The position numbers were made by a program, and so were the translations under genes. A DNA stretch of 62,748 nt, the filler included, from Klebsormidium nitens (Eukaryota > Plantae > Klebsormidiophyceae), in the NCBI GenBank assembly GCA_000708835.1. It is 9 parts of 9 records of this genome, joined end to end, with 100 filler letters (N's around TTAATTAATTAA, not from the genome) between each part and the next. Parts side by side here need not be neighbours in the genome. Positions count along the whole stretch, not along the records: positions 29,188 to 44,107 come from DF238027.1; positions 44,208 to 51,306 come from DF238316.1; 7 more parts are not named here. One strand, 5' to 3'. Shown here one piece after another: positions 37,336 through 50,903 of this stretch. Each line of letters opens with the position of its first letter. The first letter of the stretch is position 1. The notes under the pieces are model-generated. The model did not search any database, was not told the origin of the DNA, and saw only the letters and a program-made list of their open reading frames with translations.

Positions 37336-39914
37336 GCTGATGCAACTGACTTTGCAGCTTCAAAAGACTCGGAGTCCAAGCTCGATCTCTGTATTGTTTC
37401 ACTCCTCATCAAGAGCCATGTACCGGTGTGAATTGTTCATAAACCTGCATTCTTGACGTATACCTGTAATGAACGTGGCTCAACCAAGACTGCTTTTGCT
37501 CTTCCAAGCAGTGAACAGTGAAAGGTCCCATCAGAAGCAAGTCGTAAAGAAGTCTGCTGTATCTGACATAGTAAATCCCACAAAGACATCTATCTGCTTG
37601 CTCTTGTCCGTCTTCGAGCTCTAGAGATTCTTGCAGATTTGTTCTTTTTCACCGAGTCTGTTCAGAAGAGTTATATTTCTTAAGGGTCGAGAAGGATCTC
37701 GTGTATCAAAACGAGAACCTGGCACCATTCTTAGCAATTGAATACCGTGCTCATCATAGAAGTGGAAGACTCGTTGTCAACCTGTTGTTTCTCAAATGGC
37801 TTTTGCATATGCTATTTGGTTGCAGAAACACGGTCATCTCCCGGCATGGGAAGATTCTACCCATGTCCAAGCTTCTTGAGGACGTCGCTTCCTACGATAT
37901 CCAGCCCCTTGTCGCTCAGATGATGATGTCGCTCCAAACCGGTCCAAGGGGGTCAGCCAAAGAGGTGCGCATATCATTCGGTGTTTGTTTCAGCATCTGG
38001 TGGCGGATTCACTCATCGGATCATCTCCGAGTCCTGACCGTGTGCACAAACCTACAATAGATGCTGCTCGTCAAAACACATCCAATTTGGAGTCGGATAG
38101 AAAGGGGCAAATTCGTCAAAAGCTGAACGCAATGTTGGCAAAGGCTTTTAGCTCGACGACCTTGCCGTTCAGGGAAAAGATTTTGAAGGTGCAAGTCCGC
38201 AACCCATTGCCAAAGCTCTCCCCACAAATACCCTCTACAGGTTCCAGTTTGGTTCCCTCTATCTCGGGAGCTATACCGTGGGCGAGCGCAAAATTTGACG
38301 AGAGCGGATCTCCTGGCAATTCTGGATGCAATCCTTGCGTACCTGGCCAGCTCCAACGATCTCGCACCGATTCAGGTGTTGCTTCAGAAAGTGCAGCAGA
38401 CGCTGGACGAGAAGTGGTCAAGGTTGAGACGCTTGACCCTCATCGAAGATGCCTTGACGCTCCTGACGTTGCAGGTCAGTCATATTCGAAGCCGCTCAGA
38501 AAACCGCCTCGTTCAGACGCCTTTGAAGTTTTGCGAGCCCGCATGGACGCGACTCGACCACAAAAGCCCATCTTGCTTTTCGCTTGGTTCCGAAGAAGAC
38601 GGGTCTTTGCGTTCCGATCTCCATTCCAGAAAATTCTTATAAGCTCTTCGTCGCAAAGTGGTCCGGTAAATAGAACCCGCTTCTGTCCCGCCGTTCCTTC
38701 AAAGAAGCATGCAATTTTCCTGCCGTGAACGTCGAGAACGTTTTCAAAGTACAAACCAAGGCATCCGAGAGCATTAAACCGCATTAATCTGCCACGCTTG
38801 CAGCATCTTGTTTAAGAGCAGCGTTTCAGTCTTCCTTTGACCTCCATTTCAACCTTTCGTCCATCATTGGCAGACGCCAGCAGAGACCTCAACGAAGCCT
38901 TCACCTTGCAACCCAATGAGCGGGCCACCTCCAACAGAGTCGTAAGATGTGCGGGACCCTTTAAAGTGTAGATTTGCTTCTCCATGAAACCTGATCTAAT
39001 TGAACTTCTACATTGCTTCATCATCGGTACACTTTTGTGGGCAACGAACGAAGGCTATATTTGAACGACTTGCTCTGTCAGTTAACCAGTGCTAGCTGCA
39101 CAGCTCGAGGCAAAGATTGCACTTTGTGTGTGGATTGGATTGGGCGTCTGTAATTCCCAGTCTGAAAGTTTTGGGGCTCCCTCGATCTAACATTGGATTT
39201 TTCAGAAGAAGTGCGTCCATGCGGTGGAGGGTTTGGCAGGTCCCGTTCAGATACTTTGATCAGATTCTAATGGATCCTTAACAAACCTCATCACGTCGAC
39301 GTCGCGATGCCGCTTCTGCAGACGGGTGGCCTGAGTTCTCATATATATATCTTCTCCTCAGGTTGGGTTCTGGTGTTGGTTTTGCTCTTTTAAAAAGTTT
39401 CACTTTCCTTGATGTCTAGACTTACGCTGAAGTTGCTTCGCTTGCGTGTCTTGAAAATTTTGGCGTTAGTTGCATTGAAAAGTCCCTGCTTACAGGGCTC
39501 GAAGCGCAAGGGGTCTGAACAGCCACCTTAGTCACGGCATCTGATCATCCAGAGTAAGGTGGTCCCGTGTGGTTCCCATCGTTTCGTTCGCAAGATCGTG
39601 GGCAATTCGGAGCTTTTTAGCTGCCTAACTGAACACTGAACAATCTTGAGTCGACCTCGGGGGTACAGGCGGAGGGCTGAGTCGGATGAGAGCCTGCGTC
39701 CGCGGGCTCGACGGCGGTCTCCAAGCCTTGTAGTTAAGAAACCCTTCAGGTGCGCTCCATCTTCGTTGGCTGCTGCTTGCTACTGAGCCACCGTAATGTA
39801 GAGGACACGGTTAATGAGACGCTTTTTGAAAAGATCACCTTGTGCTTGTTCCGCCTCAATGCATGGGCGACCTACCCGCCCTGCATCATCCTCACGCCAT
39901 TCCTGCAGGCAGCC

Positions 39915-40018
39915 GATGGCATGAATCGATAGGTGGGTAAACGTTTGGAGATCGCAGTGCTCTGGTGATGGCATGAATCGATAGGTGGGTAAACGTTTGG
40001 AGATCGCAGTGCTCTGGT
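39915..40018. repeat. Direct tandem duplication, 52 bp x2
   Basis: gatggcatgaatcgataggtgggtaaacgtttggagatcgcagtgctctggt at 39915 and 39967. Confidence 0.9.
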
Positions 40019-43000
40019 GGTATCTGTTGCGCCTGATTTTTGCTTGTCTTTTCTTGCCAGGCTAGGAAAGAAAGCAAAAACCTCGTTCGACGCAGACCAG
40101 CTCCTGGCCGAGGGACCCAAATGGTAAGAGCCTGCAATTAGCAAACCGGGCAGATATCCATTTTGACTGTGGAGATGCCAAGCTACACTTTGACAAGTTC
40201 AACGATAGTTGAAAGTGGTATTTTAGCCTCTTCAAAGACCAACTTGGTGGCAAAGCGCAAGTGTTTGCGTGTCGTGCTCTTTAGGGAGTCTCGTTTCTCC
40301 CGCTCTCCGGGCTGATTGGCATGTTCCGTAACGTTTTCGACGGTCCTATCTCTGCAAGCAGCTCGCAGGCTTTGAATGTTTAAGCAGGTCGGTGGAATCC
40401 GTGATTGCCAATTGTCTTCTTGGGTTAATAGTCAGGGTGTACTATACCAGTGCACCAGGCCACAAATGCTTTAAGAGATTGGGTTCTCCAAAGTGGAGGC
40501 CGTTGGCAAGCTAAGGCAGTCCGACTGGCCAAATCTTACTTTTTCCGGTCTGATACTGGCTGTCTGACACACAGTTGGGACTGGGAGTTTGACTTGCCAG
40601 AGGACCTCGACGTCCCTAGGACATCAGGCTAGCTCTGGCGCAGTTATCGGATTCAACCACTTACCAAACGCGGTAAAGACTTCACTCCTTCTTGAGTGCT
40701 AGGATATGTGTCCCCCGATGTTTCATTAGGATAGAGCTTCCAGAACATCTTGAACGCCCAAAAGGCAGCTTCAGATTATACTCAGCTTGGAAGGGGTTCC
40801 CAGGACAATTCGTGGACTCATATGTTGGTTGTCGTCCGAGGTCCTCACTTCCAGTGAGCTTCTTGCATCGCTCGCTTGTACGCTAATTTCCCGAGGCTGC
40901 CTACGTCAACCAGTTTCTCGTGTAGAGAAGCTTGAATTAAAAGCAAGTGGCGATTGCTGGCAAAATACCCTTCTCTGTCGTCAGAGCGACTGCAGCAAAG
41001 TCTGCGGAAGGTAGTCTGGGTGACGAGTCGTGCTGGTCAGAGCGCTTGTAAGAGAAAGACGTGGGCGATGTTTTGCAGTTGCTTGAGTGCTGAATATTAC
41101 AAGGCTTTAGCAGCCCGCTGAGCATTTATGCTCTTGTCGGCGTTGGCAATCGACGCCCTCATCCCTTCAGTACGAAAAGGAGAGGTCTTTTCTAGTTCCT
41201 TGGTTTCAGCGTCGGTCTTGGAAGCATACGTGTGGCTTTAAAAGTGTTGTCAAGTCTCCTCCTTTCTCAGTATCTTCCCATTTTTGTACCTTGTATTCAG
41301 GCCGGGGTTACAGCCACCGATGCAATTCAGCTTGGGCCCGGGCGGGCATGTAGCTGAAGCCACCGGCAAGGTTTAGCAGATATTGACATGCAGTATTTAT
41401 CCACTTAATGATCCCCTTGATAAGGACAAGGGTCTCTCACGCTGTAATACAGTAAACAACTATTAAAGCACATCGGACACTGATTATCATGGGTTGCTCT
41501 GTGGAGAGGTAACGTGGATGGCTATTTGTTCGTAGTATGATGAGTCTGGTCTTGCACGGATAGATTATGTACATTGAGACTGAACATCTTGAAGTTCTAG
41601 GTTGAACATAGTGTACGTACATCAACGAAATAGCTCGACTCTGTTCTAATACATATTAGTGTCAACCGACGTGTTGGATTGTTAGGTACACACGCTAGCC
41701 TCACTGACACGGAACAAAAGAACCGTACATACCCGTACACTCAAGCGTTGGGTTGCATACAATTGATTTAATCAATGACAGAGTATCCGTGACAGCTTGG
41801 GAAACTGAGATGCCTCTGGTCGCGCACGTCTGATTTCCGACTCTGATTACCTCGTTAGGGGTTTAGACAAGTTGTTTCACATAGGGTTGCTCAGTGCTAG
41901 CCGCGGCTGCACATGGCCCGCTGCCGCTTTGCTGACGTACAATCCTCAGGCTGGCAGGCGGACTCACTGACGAACGGAAAGTTCCTTCATTCCTAACTTA
42001 ATCCTGCATTTGAAGGCTATAATTGGATCATGCAACGTGTGCACAACGAAGGTTTTATTGCGAACTGAATTAAATCGTAAGTGCGGCTCATCTCCGTTGA
42101 AACGTGCGTTCTACTGCAGCTTGCAGGCCAAAAGCATGCGTGCACAGTGAGTCGATCGATCCCGTCTGCTCACATGCTATGGGGCTGCTAGGGGTGCAGC
42201 AGCCGCTGTCTGAACGACAGTCAACTCGGACTCAGTGACTCGTTCAGCTTAATGTATCACGTCATGCAGCAGAGTCCCAAAGCTTTCAATCTAGATAACG
42301 ATGTCAGTGAGAACGCACTCAACATACGTCGCAGCCTCACATGCATGCGGTTGACAGAGGCTGCTAGAGACTCGGTTGCAGCCTGCATCGCTGATCATCA
42401 GAAGTCGTGTAGACTCATAGCATGGGCGCGGCTTTTCGGTACGCTGATCCGCGTGTGAAAGCCGGGGATGCTATTTAAACTCACGCTGGTTGACTTGTAT
42501 CATACAACCAACAGTAGTATATAATCGTGCTCGTGCCGGCTAGCTCATGTCATGTAAAAGGCGCAATGGCCGGCTTGCGGCCGATCAAATGATGTCACAA
42601 GGTCACTTGCATCATTTTAAATCTGACACCTCGCAGAAATAGACGTACACGCCTGAAACGGTGCATGACGTACTCATACGAGGACATCAAGAAGGCAGCC
42701 TGCACATGAACGAGCCGGCACGGCAATTCTATGTTCGGAAAATTATATGCACGTGAGCGTGCAGATCCTAGTAAAGTAGAATCCGACTTAATTTCAATCC
42801 CGAACAATCTCACTGTCTCAAAGACCGGATTCAAACTGTCTCCCTGCTACTGCAAGCAATCCTAGTATAGTCACTCACTGAGCTTCCGTCGTGCATACTG
42901 GCATCGCTGCATCGTTGCATCCTAACTGAATCTCTTAGATTAAGTGCTTCAAGCTGTCAGTTATACCAGCCAGATCGGGCAAAGCCAAAAATCCAAGCTC

Positions 43001-43019
43001 TCTTTTTAAGCGATATACA

Positions 43020-43580
43020 GATCACTTGCGCAACCTTGGTACCGTAAACTTTTAAGAGACCACTCGCCCGGGCCTCGCCTTCGCAGCTTTCTCCTTCAGG
43101 CCGAGCGGCCCCCCCAATGGCCATGATGGTGGCCATGGGATTAGTCCCCGGGGAGTGGCGGAAGACCGACGCGTTCATTACGCCAGTCCGCCGACGCCTT
43201 TCACCCGGTGCTCTTTTTCCACGACCTCCCCCACCCGGCACGTGCCGTGCATGTGCCAGCTTGTGCACAAGTTTTCCTCCAGCCACGTGGCAGCCGCCGA
43301 CTCGTTGTCGAGGTCGGGATTCAGCGGCAGGGCGCGCGGGTACGCCCCGGGGGGAAAGTTCGCCAGGCCGGGGACCAGCCGGAGCATCGTCCCGGGCACT
43401 TTTTCGCACTTCAGGGGGTTCAGGGCGCGGGAGTCGCGGACGGCTTCGAGGATGCGGACGCCTTCCATGCCGTCAGAAACGTCGTCGGATGGGCGAAGTA
43501 CGCGAAGTCGACTGTCGGCTGGGCGGCCGGGTCGGTGGATGTGACGGTCACCGCCCCCAGGGACTTGACCCGGTACAGCT
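43020..43580 (-). pseudogene. GMC oxidoreductase C-terminal exon (HOTHEAD/mandelonitrile lyase-like), frameshifted
   Basis: LYRVKSLGAVTVTSTDPAAQPTVDFAYFAHP / DVSDGMEGVRILEAV...TSWHMHGTCRVGEVV..HRVKGVGGL / VMNASVFRHSPGTNPMATIMAIG. At least two 1-nt deletions (~43485, ~43180). WH..G.C and PGTNP.AT are GMC C-terminal signatures. Confidence 0.82.
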
Positions 43581-45251
43581 GCGGGTCAGAATAAGATGGA
43601 GAATTAACTAGTCCAGAATCAGGTTGCCAAGTGTTTCTGTGTTAGGATTACAAGCCTGGTATCGCTGTTCAGAAGCACTCCCTACAAAAGGGGTCTTGCT
43701 TTGGGCCCAATTACGAGACCCCCAACGGGGCTGGATCCATAAGGAAACTCGACAAATACGCGTCTTGGAACGGATCGAGAAACTCAGCGTGTCGGATACC
43801 CGTCGGACAGGGCCAGACTGCAGTCGCGCCGCTTGAAGAGCAATATATTTTGTATGCTTCGAAGTTCGGGAAGGTGAAGCCTATTAGGGACTGGTGTCAT
43901 CGGAGTTATCTGACGGCCCGGGGGAAGCCTCCGGAATAATATCCACCGTCCGATGGACCCCCCCGCCAGAATAAAATTCGACTCGGAACACACTCGCGAA
44001 CCGAATTCCGGACCAGGTTAAACCTCGGTTAAATCAAAACCCGCTACGAATTCACTCGCGCCGCAAACGGCGGAACCTCGAACCCGACTCGACCCGCCGG
44101 GCATTGTNNNNNNNNNNNNNNNNNNNNNNNNNNNNNNNNNNNNNNNNNNNNTTAATTAATTAANNNNNNNNNNNNNNNNNNNNNNNNNNNNNNNNNNNNN
44201 NNNNNNNGGCTTTGGCGAAAATTCGGGGGGTCGGGCCGGCCATCGCCGGAGGCGATAAGGGGTCGGGCCCGCAGGGCCCGACCCCTTCCAGTTCCTCAAA
44301 CGTAGTAGGGTGCGGCGCAGCCGCGACTGGGGCAATTTAAATCTCTGACAGTACTTGTTCCGAAGAGGAGCTGTTCAGGAGTTTGTCCACTTTCGATACC
44401 ATGTCCGGGCAATTTTAGCAGCGGTTCGGGCTGCGATTTATCGTTATCGAAAATGGATCTTAGAGCCTCTTAGTACGTCGCCGCTTTTCCCGGATTCCGG
44501 GTGAAAACGGCTACGTGTCCACAATTGGCTTGCGGCAGCATCCCGAGCCCGCTCATTAGTGGATCAGTCACTGCTCACTCAGTGCTAGTACCGTTAGTAC
44601 TGGTACGAGAACCAGGCTCATATGTTTATCCATGAAAATATCTTAAACTGCATCCATATGCGTAGGCTGTAGCTTAGGCATGTGATACCGAAAGAAAGGC
44701 CATACCGATATTGCACATGTGCGCTTATTCTCAAGATCAGCAGCATGATTCTCAAGGTCAGCAACTCGTGCACATACTGTGCTTAGTGAAAATACAGTGG
44801 ATTATGCAGATTATGCAGCATGCTGCACATTTAGTAGGCCCATTGATGCACTGATGTTCCGTGGTTTATGCAAGATACCAAAAAAACAAAAGCCTGCGCG
44901 GACGTCAGTAAAAATCCATCGGTCCGAACGTTTTGAGTAGGTGCGGAACTCGTACTTTCATTGATATCCGTTAGAGTCGTAGATCGGCAACGTGCAAGAT
45001 CATCGGCATGCAGGTACGAATAGCCCTAGACGCAATTCAACAGAATGCACTCACATGGTTTGAAGTGAAACAACACTCGAATATCGCTATGAATGTGTTA
45101 GGGCCTAGCCGCTGTAAAAAGGTTCACATCAACGATGAAAGATTCATAGATTGGCATGTATCACAAAAACATACCTTATATACTTGTACACAAGTACTAC
45201 AACTTTCAATGGCTGGTTGTAGCAATCTAATAAATAAGCAAATGTGTCTCC

Positions 45252-48200
45252 CTACTCTCGTTTCCTCTTTAGCATGTTCTTTTTGCTATAGGGGCAATTA
45301 TGCTCCGCGCCTCGCATAATTCCAAGCGTCCCATCCGGATCACATTTTCTGCATCTCTTTCCCACTCCCTTACCCCCTTGATTGCCCGCCTTCGGTCGAG
45401 AGCTCTCCACACCCGGCGGTCGGACAACAAGTTGACAGGTGTACCCTTCTACAGGGGCTTCCGCTGCAACACCTGATGGACCGTCTCCCTGCGCACGACC
45501 TAACCCGCAGCCCGACGTCTGAGGAGGAGAAACAGTAGCATGCTCAATTGCCGAACTCAGGGCTATGCTTGTGTTGTCCGCTTCGCGTGAGAGCAACGAG
45601 CGTACTAGCTGGCGTTCGTAGCGGGTGATGTCGCGATAATCTTTGAAGTAGAGATCGCTGTCTATCGCTTGTTGATGACCGCCTTGCGAGAGGCCCCAAA
45701 GCTGCCTCGCGACTATCGAATTGAACTCCATCAGAACGGCTCTGTAATTTGTTCCGCCTTTGGTTGCATGCTTCATGTACAGCTCCAAGAACAGGTTGTG
45801 CTCGCTCGCAGTCGTGATAGGCCGCTTAAAGTGGACGAGGTTAAAGTTATGCAGCGGAGGCAACGTCCGCAGCTTCCTCCTCCGACTAGATGGCACATTG
45901 AAGTGAGGCGTGAAAGGAACAGTTGGAGTGCCACGTGGCTCGATCCCCACCTCGGTTGGGGAGACAGTGTGAAGACTGCCTGCGTTCCCTGGTGCGGGCT
46001 CGCTGCGTGCGCCCCCACTTGGAACGCCCGGCCGATCAAGAGTGGGCTGCTTGAGGCTTTCCGCCCCCCCTCTCTCAACAACAGGCGGTTGTAAGACGGG
46101 CTGGCTGTGAGCCCCCCTAGCAGGGACAGCGAGCGGCGAGACGATGACGGGTTGGCTCCGGATCCCCCAACCAGGGACAGCGGGCGGCAGCATGAAGGCG
46201 GGCTGGCTCCGGACCCCGCCCCTGGAACAGCGGGGTGCGGCGCGACGGAGGGCTGGCTCCGCCCCGCCCCACCAGGAACAGCGGGATGCGGAGCGATGAC
46301 GGGCTGGCTCCGCACCCCCCCCCCAGGAACAGCCGGGTGCGGCGCGAAGGCTGGCTGGCACCGACCCCCCCCACCAGGACCAGCTCCGCACCCCCCCCGA
46401 GGAGCAGCGGACGTTGGCGCGAAGGGTGGCTGGCTCCACACGCCCCCACCAGGAACAGCAGACGCCGGCGCAAAGGCTGGCTGGCTCCGCACTCCCTCAG
46501 CGGGACGAGCAGACGGCAGCGCGAAGGCTGGCTGGCTCCGCCCCCCCTCACCCGAGACGAACAGCGGTGGCGCGAGAGTGGGCTGACTCCGAACCCCACT
46601 ACTCGACACAACGACCGGCGACGTGAAGACGGGCTGGTTGGGCGTCCCCCCGGCACGAACGGTTGGCCGCAAGACCGCCGACTGGTGGTGCACGCTGTCC
46701 CCCAAAACAGGGAGCGCGGGCACGACGGCTGCCTGGTTCCGCGCGCCTCGATCATGCGCACTTGGCGGGCGCGGGATGGCTGGCTGGTCGGGCGCTTCAT
46801 TCCCCCCAGGGACAGGGTTTATTTGCGGCCGTGCAGCGCCCCCTGACTCCGGCTCGGAATTGGCGTCGAAGTCCAGACCTGCATTGAAGATAAGGCATAA
46901 TCGGCTGCATGGCCATGCAGATATATTCAAAAACGGCGCATCAAGGTAGGTAGATAAAAGGAGAATTACCCCTCAAGCACTCATAAGGGAACGCTTCCCG
47001 TGCGACCATTCTTGACTTGACTTCCAGTCGCAGTATGTTGGAAAATTCCGAATTCTCCAAGTCATGCAAAAGGTTGAGTCCTGATTGAAGCAACTTTCGA
47101 AGTTTTCAAGCAACATCCGAATCTGTGACTGTACACCCACGCAGGAAGCAACACTTCCAGTCACAAACGGCTTATCTCAGTTCGTCAACGCACAAGTCCA
47201 ATCTTGATATTGATGTGTTCCGAGTTGCGAGAAAACTTACCATCGGAGTCCAGGTATGCAACCTCTGGGAATTGGGTCGGAGCGAACTCCCCCTCTTGGA
47301 AGGCAGCGGCGACCTCTTGGAGCCCGGCAGGGGTGCAATGGATTCCGAAGCTCTCCGCAGTCTCCTCCATGGTGAATTGCACATCCCTGTACGCCGGGGC
47401 CAGACCGAGGGCTTGCATATGCTCTCCAATCCGATATAGGATTTCAAGATTGAAGGCGGGGCCATAGTCGGGTTCGCCGCAGTTGGTTTGCCGCATCCGG
47501 ATGTTCCACCCGTTCAGCCACGTGGCGGCCACCGCCCACGCAAGTTCCGCGCTGATGTTGTAGTTCTTCAGGATGGCCTGGAAGTGCACGTGGAAGCCCT
47601 CCAGTCTTGAGCCCACTCGTTTGCAGGCATACTGGGGGCGGGCGTTTGCACCGTTCGCAGGCTTGAGATAGTACATCTCCATGTTTGGCGGATCTGCAAT
47701 GTGGGTATATTGTCGATTCAAACAGAAAGTTGTATTCGTATTGCAGGCAAGCGAAAATAAAGTATCCGCAGGTCTCCTTGTCTCCTTGTAACGACCAGTC
47801 CAACAACGGCCCTGATGTCACTTTCAGATTGACGCTGATCTGGCTGCACATGCTGGATGTTGATGCTCATATAGATACCACTGATGTTCAAACTGTGATC
47901 AGAGCGAAGTACAGACGTTGTCAAGCAGACATCAACCAAAGACAGTAACCCAGAATAATAACCCGAATCCAACTGGAAGCCTCTTTACAGACACCAAGTA
48001 ACCCTGCAGATTGTGACTTAGTACCTTGAGAACGACAATCGAAACCAGATCCGAGAAAGTGCCAGAACTTTCGGACCCTTTGATTCCGCTCGTAAGCCAT
48101 TGGGTAGACATAGCGCCACTCACCGCTCAACAAGCCGAGCCGCGCTTGCTCAAGTAGACCCTGAAACGCTCGTTGAGCGTCAGACCCAAGGAGGGGCTCC

Positions 48201-50903
48201 GAAGTGAGCGGGTTGACCTTGGACGACGCCTCGTCGCCAACTGCCTGTCAAGATTGAAAACTAAGTCAACGATCAGAAAGTCTGTGACCGAGGGCAAATG
48301 CCGTACATAGGGTGAACCCGTGCTTCTCACTAGTGAGCTTGTCACTGTGCCAGATGACGGGACACTTACAAAATCAACAGCTTTGCGAGCCGGCTTATTG
48401 AAGCATCTCTCGAACCCACTCGGTTAAATTTGAAAACCAGCTGAGCATGCATTGACCTCCTAGGCTGACCAGTACGTCCGGCCAACCTCTCTTGAACCCT
48501 GTCGAGCTAACCCCCATCTGTAAGCCATCTTATGCCAGAGAGCTACAGTGATAAGCAACCCAAGAATTGCCTCCACAGGAGATTTCGAGTGCGGCGCACA
48601 ACCAAACATAAAGAAATGGAAACAAAGGCTTCTCACCTCAAGCCGCGCAAGCAAGACCTCCGGGGGTGGTACTGCTTTGCGGCATCTCCTCAGTGCATTC
48701 TTCCCAGATTTGTCCGAAAGTGTTTTCCCCTTCTGATCAAGCTCCTTCATAATTCCCACCATGTCCGCTTGGTTTTTGAGGAAGATGGCGTCGCTCAGCT
48801 TCCCTTGCAACCAACCTGCTCAAAAAGTCGAAGGGGTAATAAGCAACTCCATCAGAGGACCCTCTTGAATTGCAATTGCTCTCACAGCTTCCAACAAGCA
48901 TAATACTCGCATTCGGTCTTGTGATGAGGTAAAGTGAAGCAGTAAACATGTGCTGAACAGTTTCTCATTAAACAGGCGCGCTGCGGTCAAGGAGGATCAA
49001 ATCAACACTTTGCAAAGGTTTGATAATCGAGCTCGCTTTATAAAAGAAGAGCTCTTGTAATATAGAGCAGCTTGAAGAGCACACTGCATGGGCTAACATG
49101 CTTGCAACCCAGCTTGAACAATTACCTCTGAAAGGATGATCTTCAGGGATGCGCTTGGTCACACGCATGATAGCGTGCAAAATGTCCATGAGGTACGCCT
49201 CCAGCCCGGGCCAGATGCCCATGAAAAAGGGGCCCATCACCTCGGGCCAGTCACAGAATAACACCCGGGGCTGCAAGCAAGCAACATGCGCACTTGCAGT
49301 GAGGTGCACCTGTCTTTTAACATCAGGCGCTGATCTAGAAAAGATCTCTTGATCCGCAAAGTGCTGCAACCATGTAAGAGACCAGAGCAATGAACTGCTG
49401 AGCAAGAGTGAATGAGCTGGTGCACTATATGCTGGTGCAAGACGGCAAAGCGGAGCTTTCGAAGGGAGATAAAAGCGATTGTGGAAGCTCACTGCGCGGC
49501 CTGCTGCTGCCATCCGCTCGTAGACTTGACGGAGATTGTCTTTGACAACCTCAAGGGACGTACTGTGCGTCCAAAGGCTGGTTGCAACTTCTCCCGTCTC
49601 CGTCATCATGGTGAGGGTGGCCTCCAAAACACGCTGCCCCTCCACGCCTCTGAAAGAATGATGAGCACTGGATTTCGAACCTCTGCTGCATGGTTTAAGG
49701 TGCAGGCTGCAAATAGTTGCATCCACAGAACCTTCCTCTGTATTTTATGATATACAGAAAACAAGAAGAGCACGGTCTCACAGAATCAGAAGACTTGCAA
49801 GTGGCAGCTTGCTCATGCAATCAGACATCCAGAAGCAAAGAACCGATGTGCTGTCCACACTGGTCGCCCTTAAAAGCTGGTTTAACATACCTGATCCTCC
49901 GCATCAGTTTGTGGCAGTGGTCGACCCCAACGCACTCGCCTTTCACAAGCGCCATCTGCTTGTTGTATGTGGGTATATTCCCAGCAGCCTGCTGCAAGAA
50001 GACTGCTGACAGGAGCGCTGGACCAGCAATCCAGTCCGGAACTCGCTTCCCCATGGCCCAGCTTTGAACCAGCTGCTCAATGCCTGCCCCCCCACCAACA
50101 GTGCCACCGAAAAACCTGCCTATACCATTCTGGCGCTTCGCTTCCGCCTCAGCCCGCTTTGCCTTCAACTCGCACTGGTACTCATAGTAGACAAGCTCTC
50201 GTCGTTTTTCGGCCAACACATGCATCTCCTTCACCAGGCGTGCGATGCGAGGGAAACCGATTGCTTCCGGAGCGAGAAAGTGGATCAAATCCTGCAGCGA
50301 TCGCTCCACAGGCACGCCAGTCTCAGTGAAGTCAATGGGCAGCTGGTCCTTGACGAAGGGGCGCAACTGATTGAGGATATCTAGACTGTGAGCTAGATAC
50401 AACGTGCTGCCGTAGCCCCCCTTGCCATCGGGCTTCGCATGGCAGTCCTTGCAGCGGTAATCCTGAGAGAGAAGAAAGAGGGGTCGATGGAGCCCCAAAG
50501 CCCTGACTAGCTTAGAGTACCAGCCATTGCGTACCACAGTGGCCTTGCCACAGCCGCGGACACAGATAAACTTCTCAGGCACGAAACCCTTGAAGAAATT
50601 TTGCCAGGAAAGGACAATGACTGTGCAGCCCCAAGCTTTGAAGGGCTCTACCCGAGGTGCACCAAATGGGTTTCCAGACGAAGGCCCTGGCTTTTCAGTC
50701 TTTGCAGAGATTGTTGGATTGGGTGCCTCAAAGATGTAGCTCTCACAAGTCTCTTTGCCTCCAACCTTCAGCTTAACAAACTGTATGAAGGGCTCCAAAG
50801 GAGTTCCATTGTATGCAATCTCAGCAACTTCAGGAGCTGCATGTCCTGCTCCGTCCTCCATTCTTTCTGCAGGCAAGATTGCATAGGAGAATCTAGGAAG
50901 CAC
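45252..50903 (-). mobile_element. Multi-exon Mutator-like (DDE, DxxH-type) transposase gene
   Basis: Cys-rich N-domain (CVRGC...DYRCKDC); candidate catalytic triad GVDHCHK, VLFCDW, SRLEGFH; MDILHAIMR (DxxH) insertion motif; W-N-x-R motif; C-terminal PITTASEHNLFLEL and CRKC..HNCPY. GT-AG introns join most pieces in frame; one frameshift in the repeat region. Confidence 0.75.
46085..46660 (-). repeat. Coding minisatellite (~51 bp, about 11 copies) encoding 'GGVRSQPAFAPHPAVP'-like units
   Basis: ggctggctcc...caggaacagcgg recurs about every 50 bp; in the minus-strand frame it reads as repeated SQP units. Confidence 0.85.

Noticed and set aside
46107-46949. Several plus-strand ORFs over the minisatellite
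   Set aside because: GC-rich repeat lacking stops; the minus-strand frame links to the transposase.
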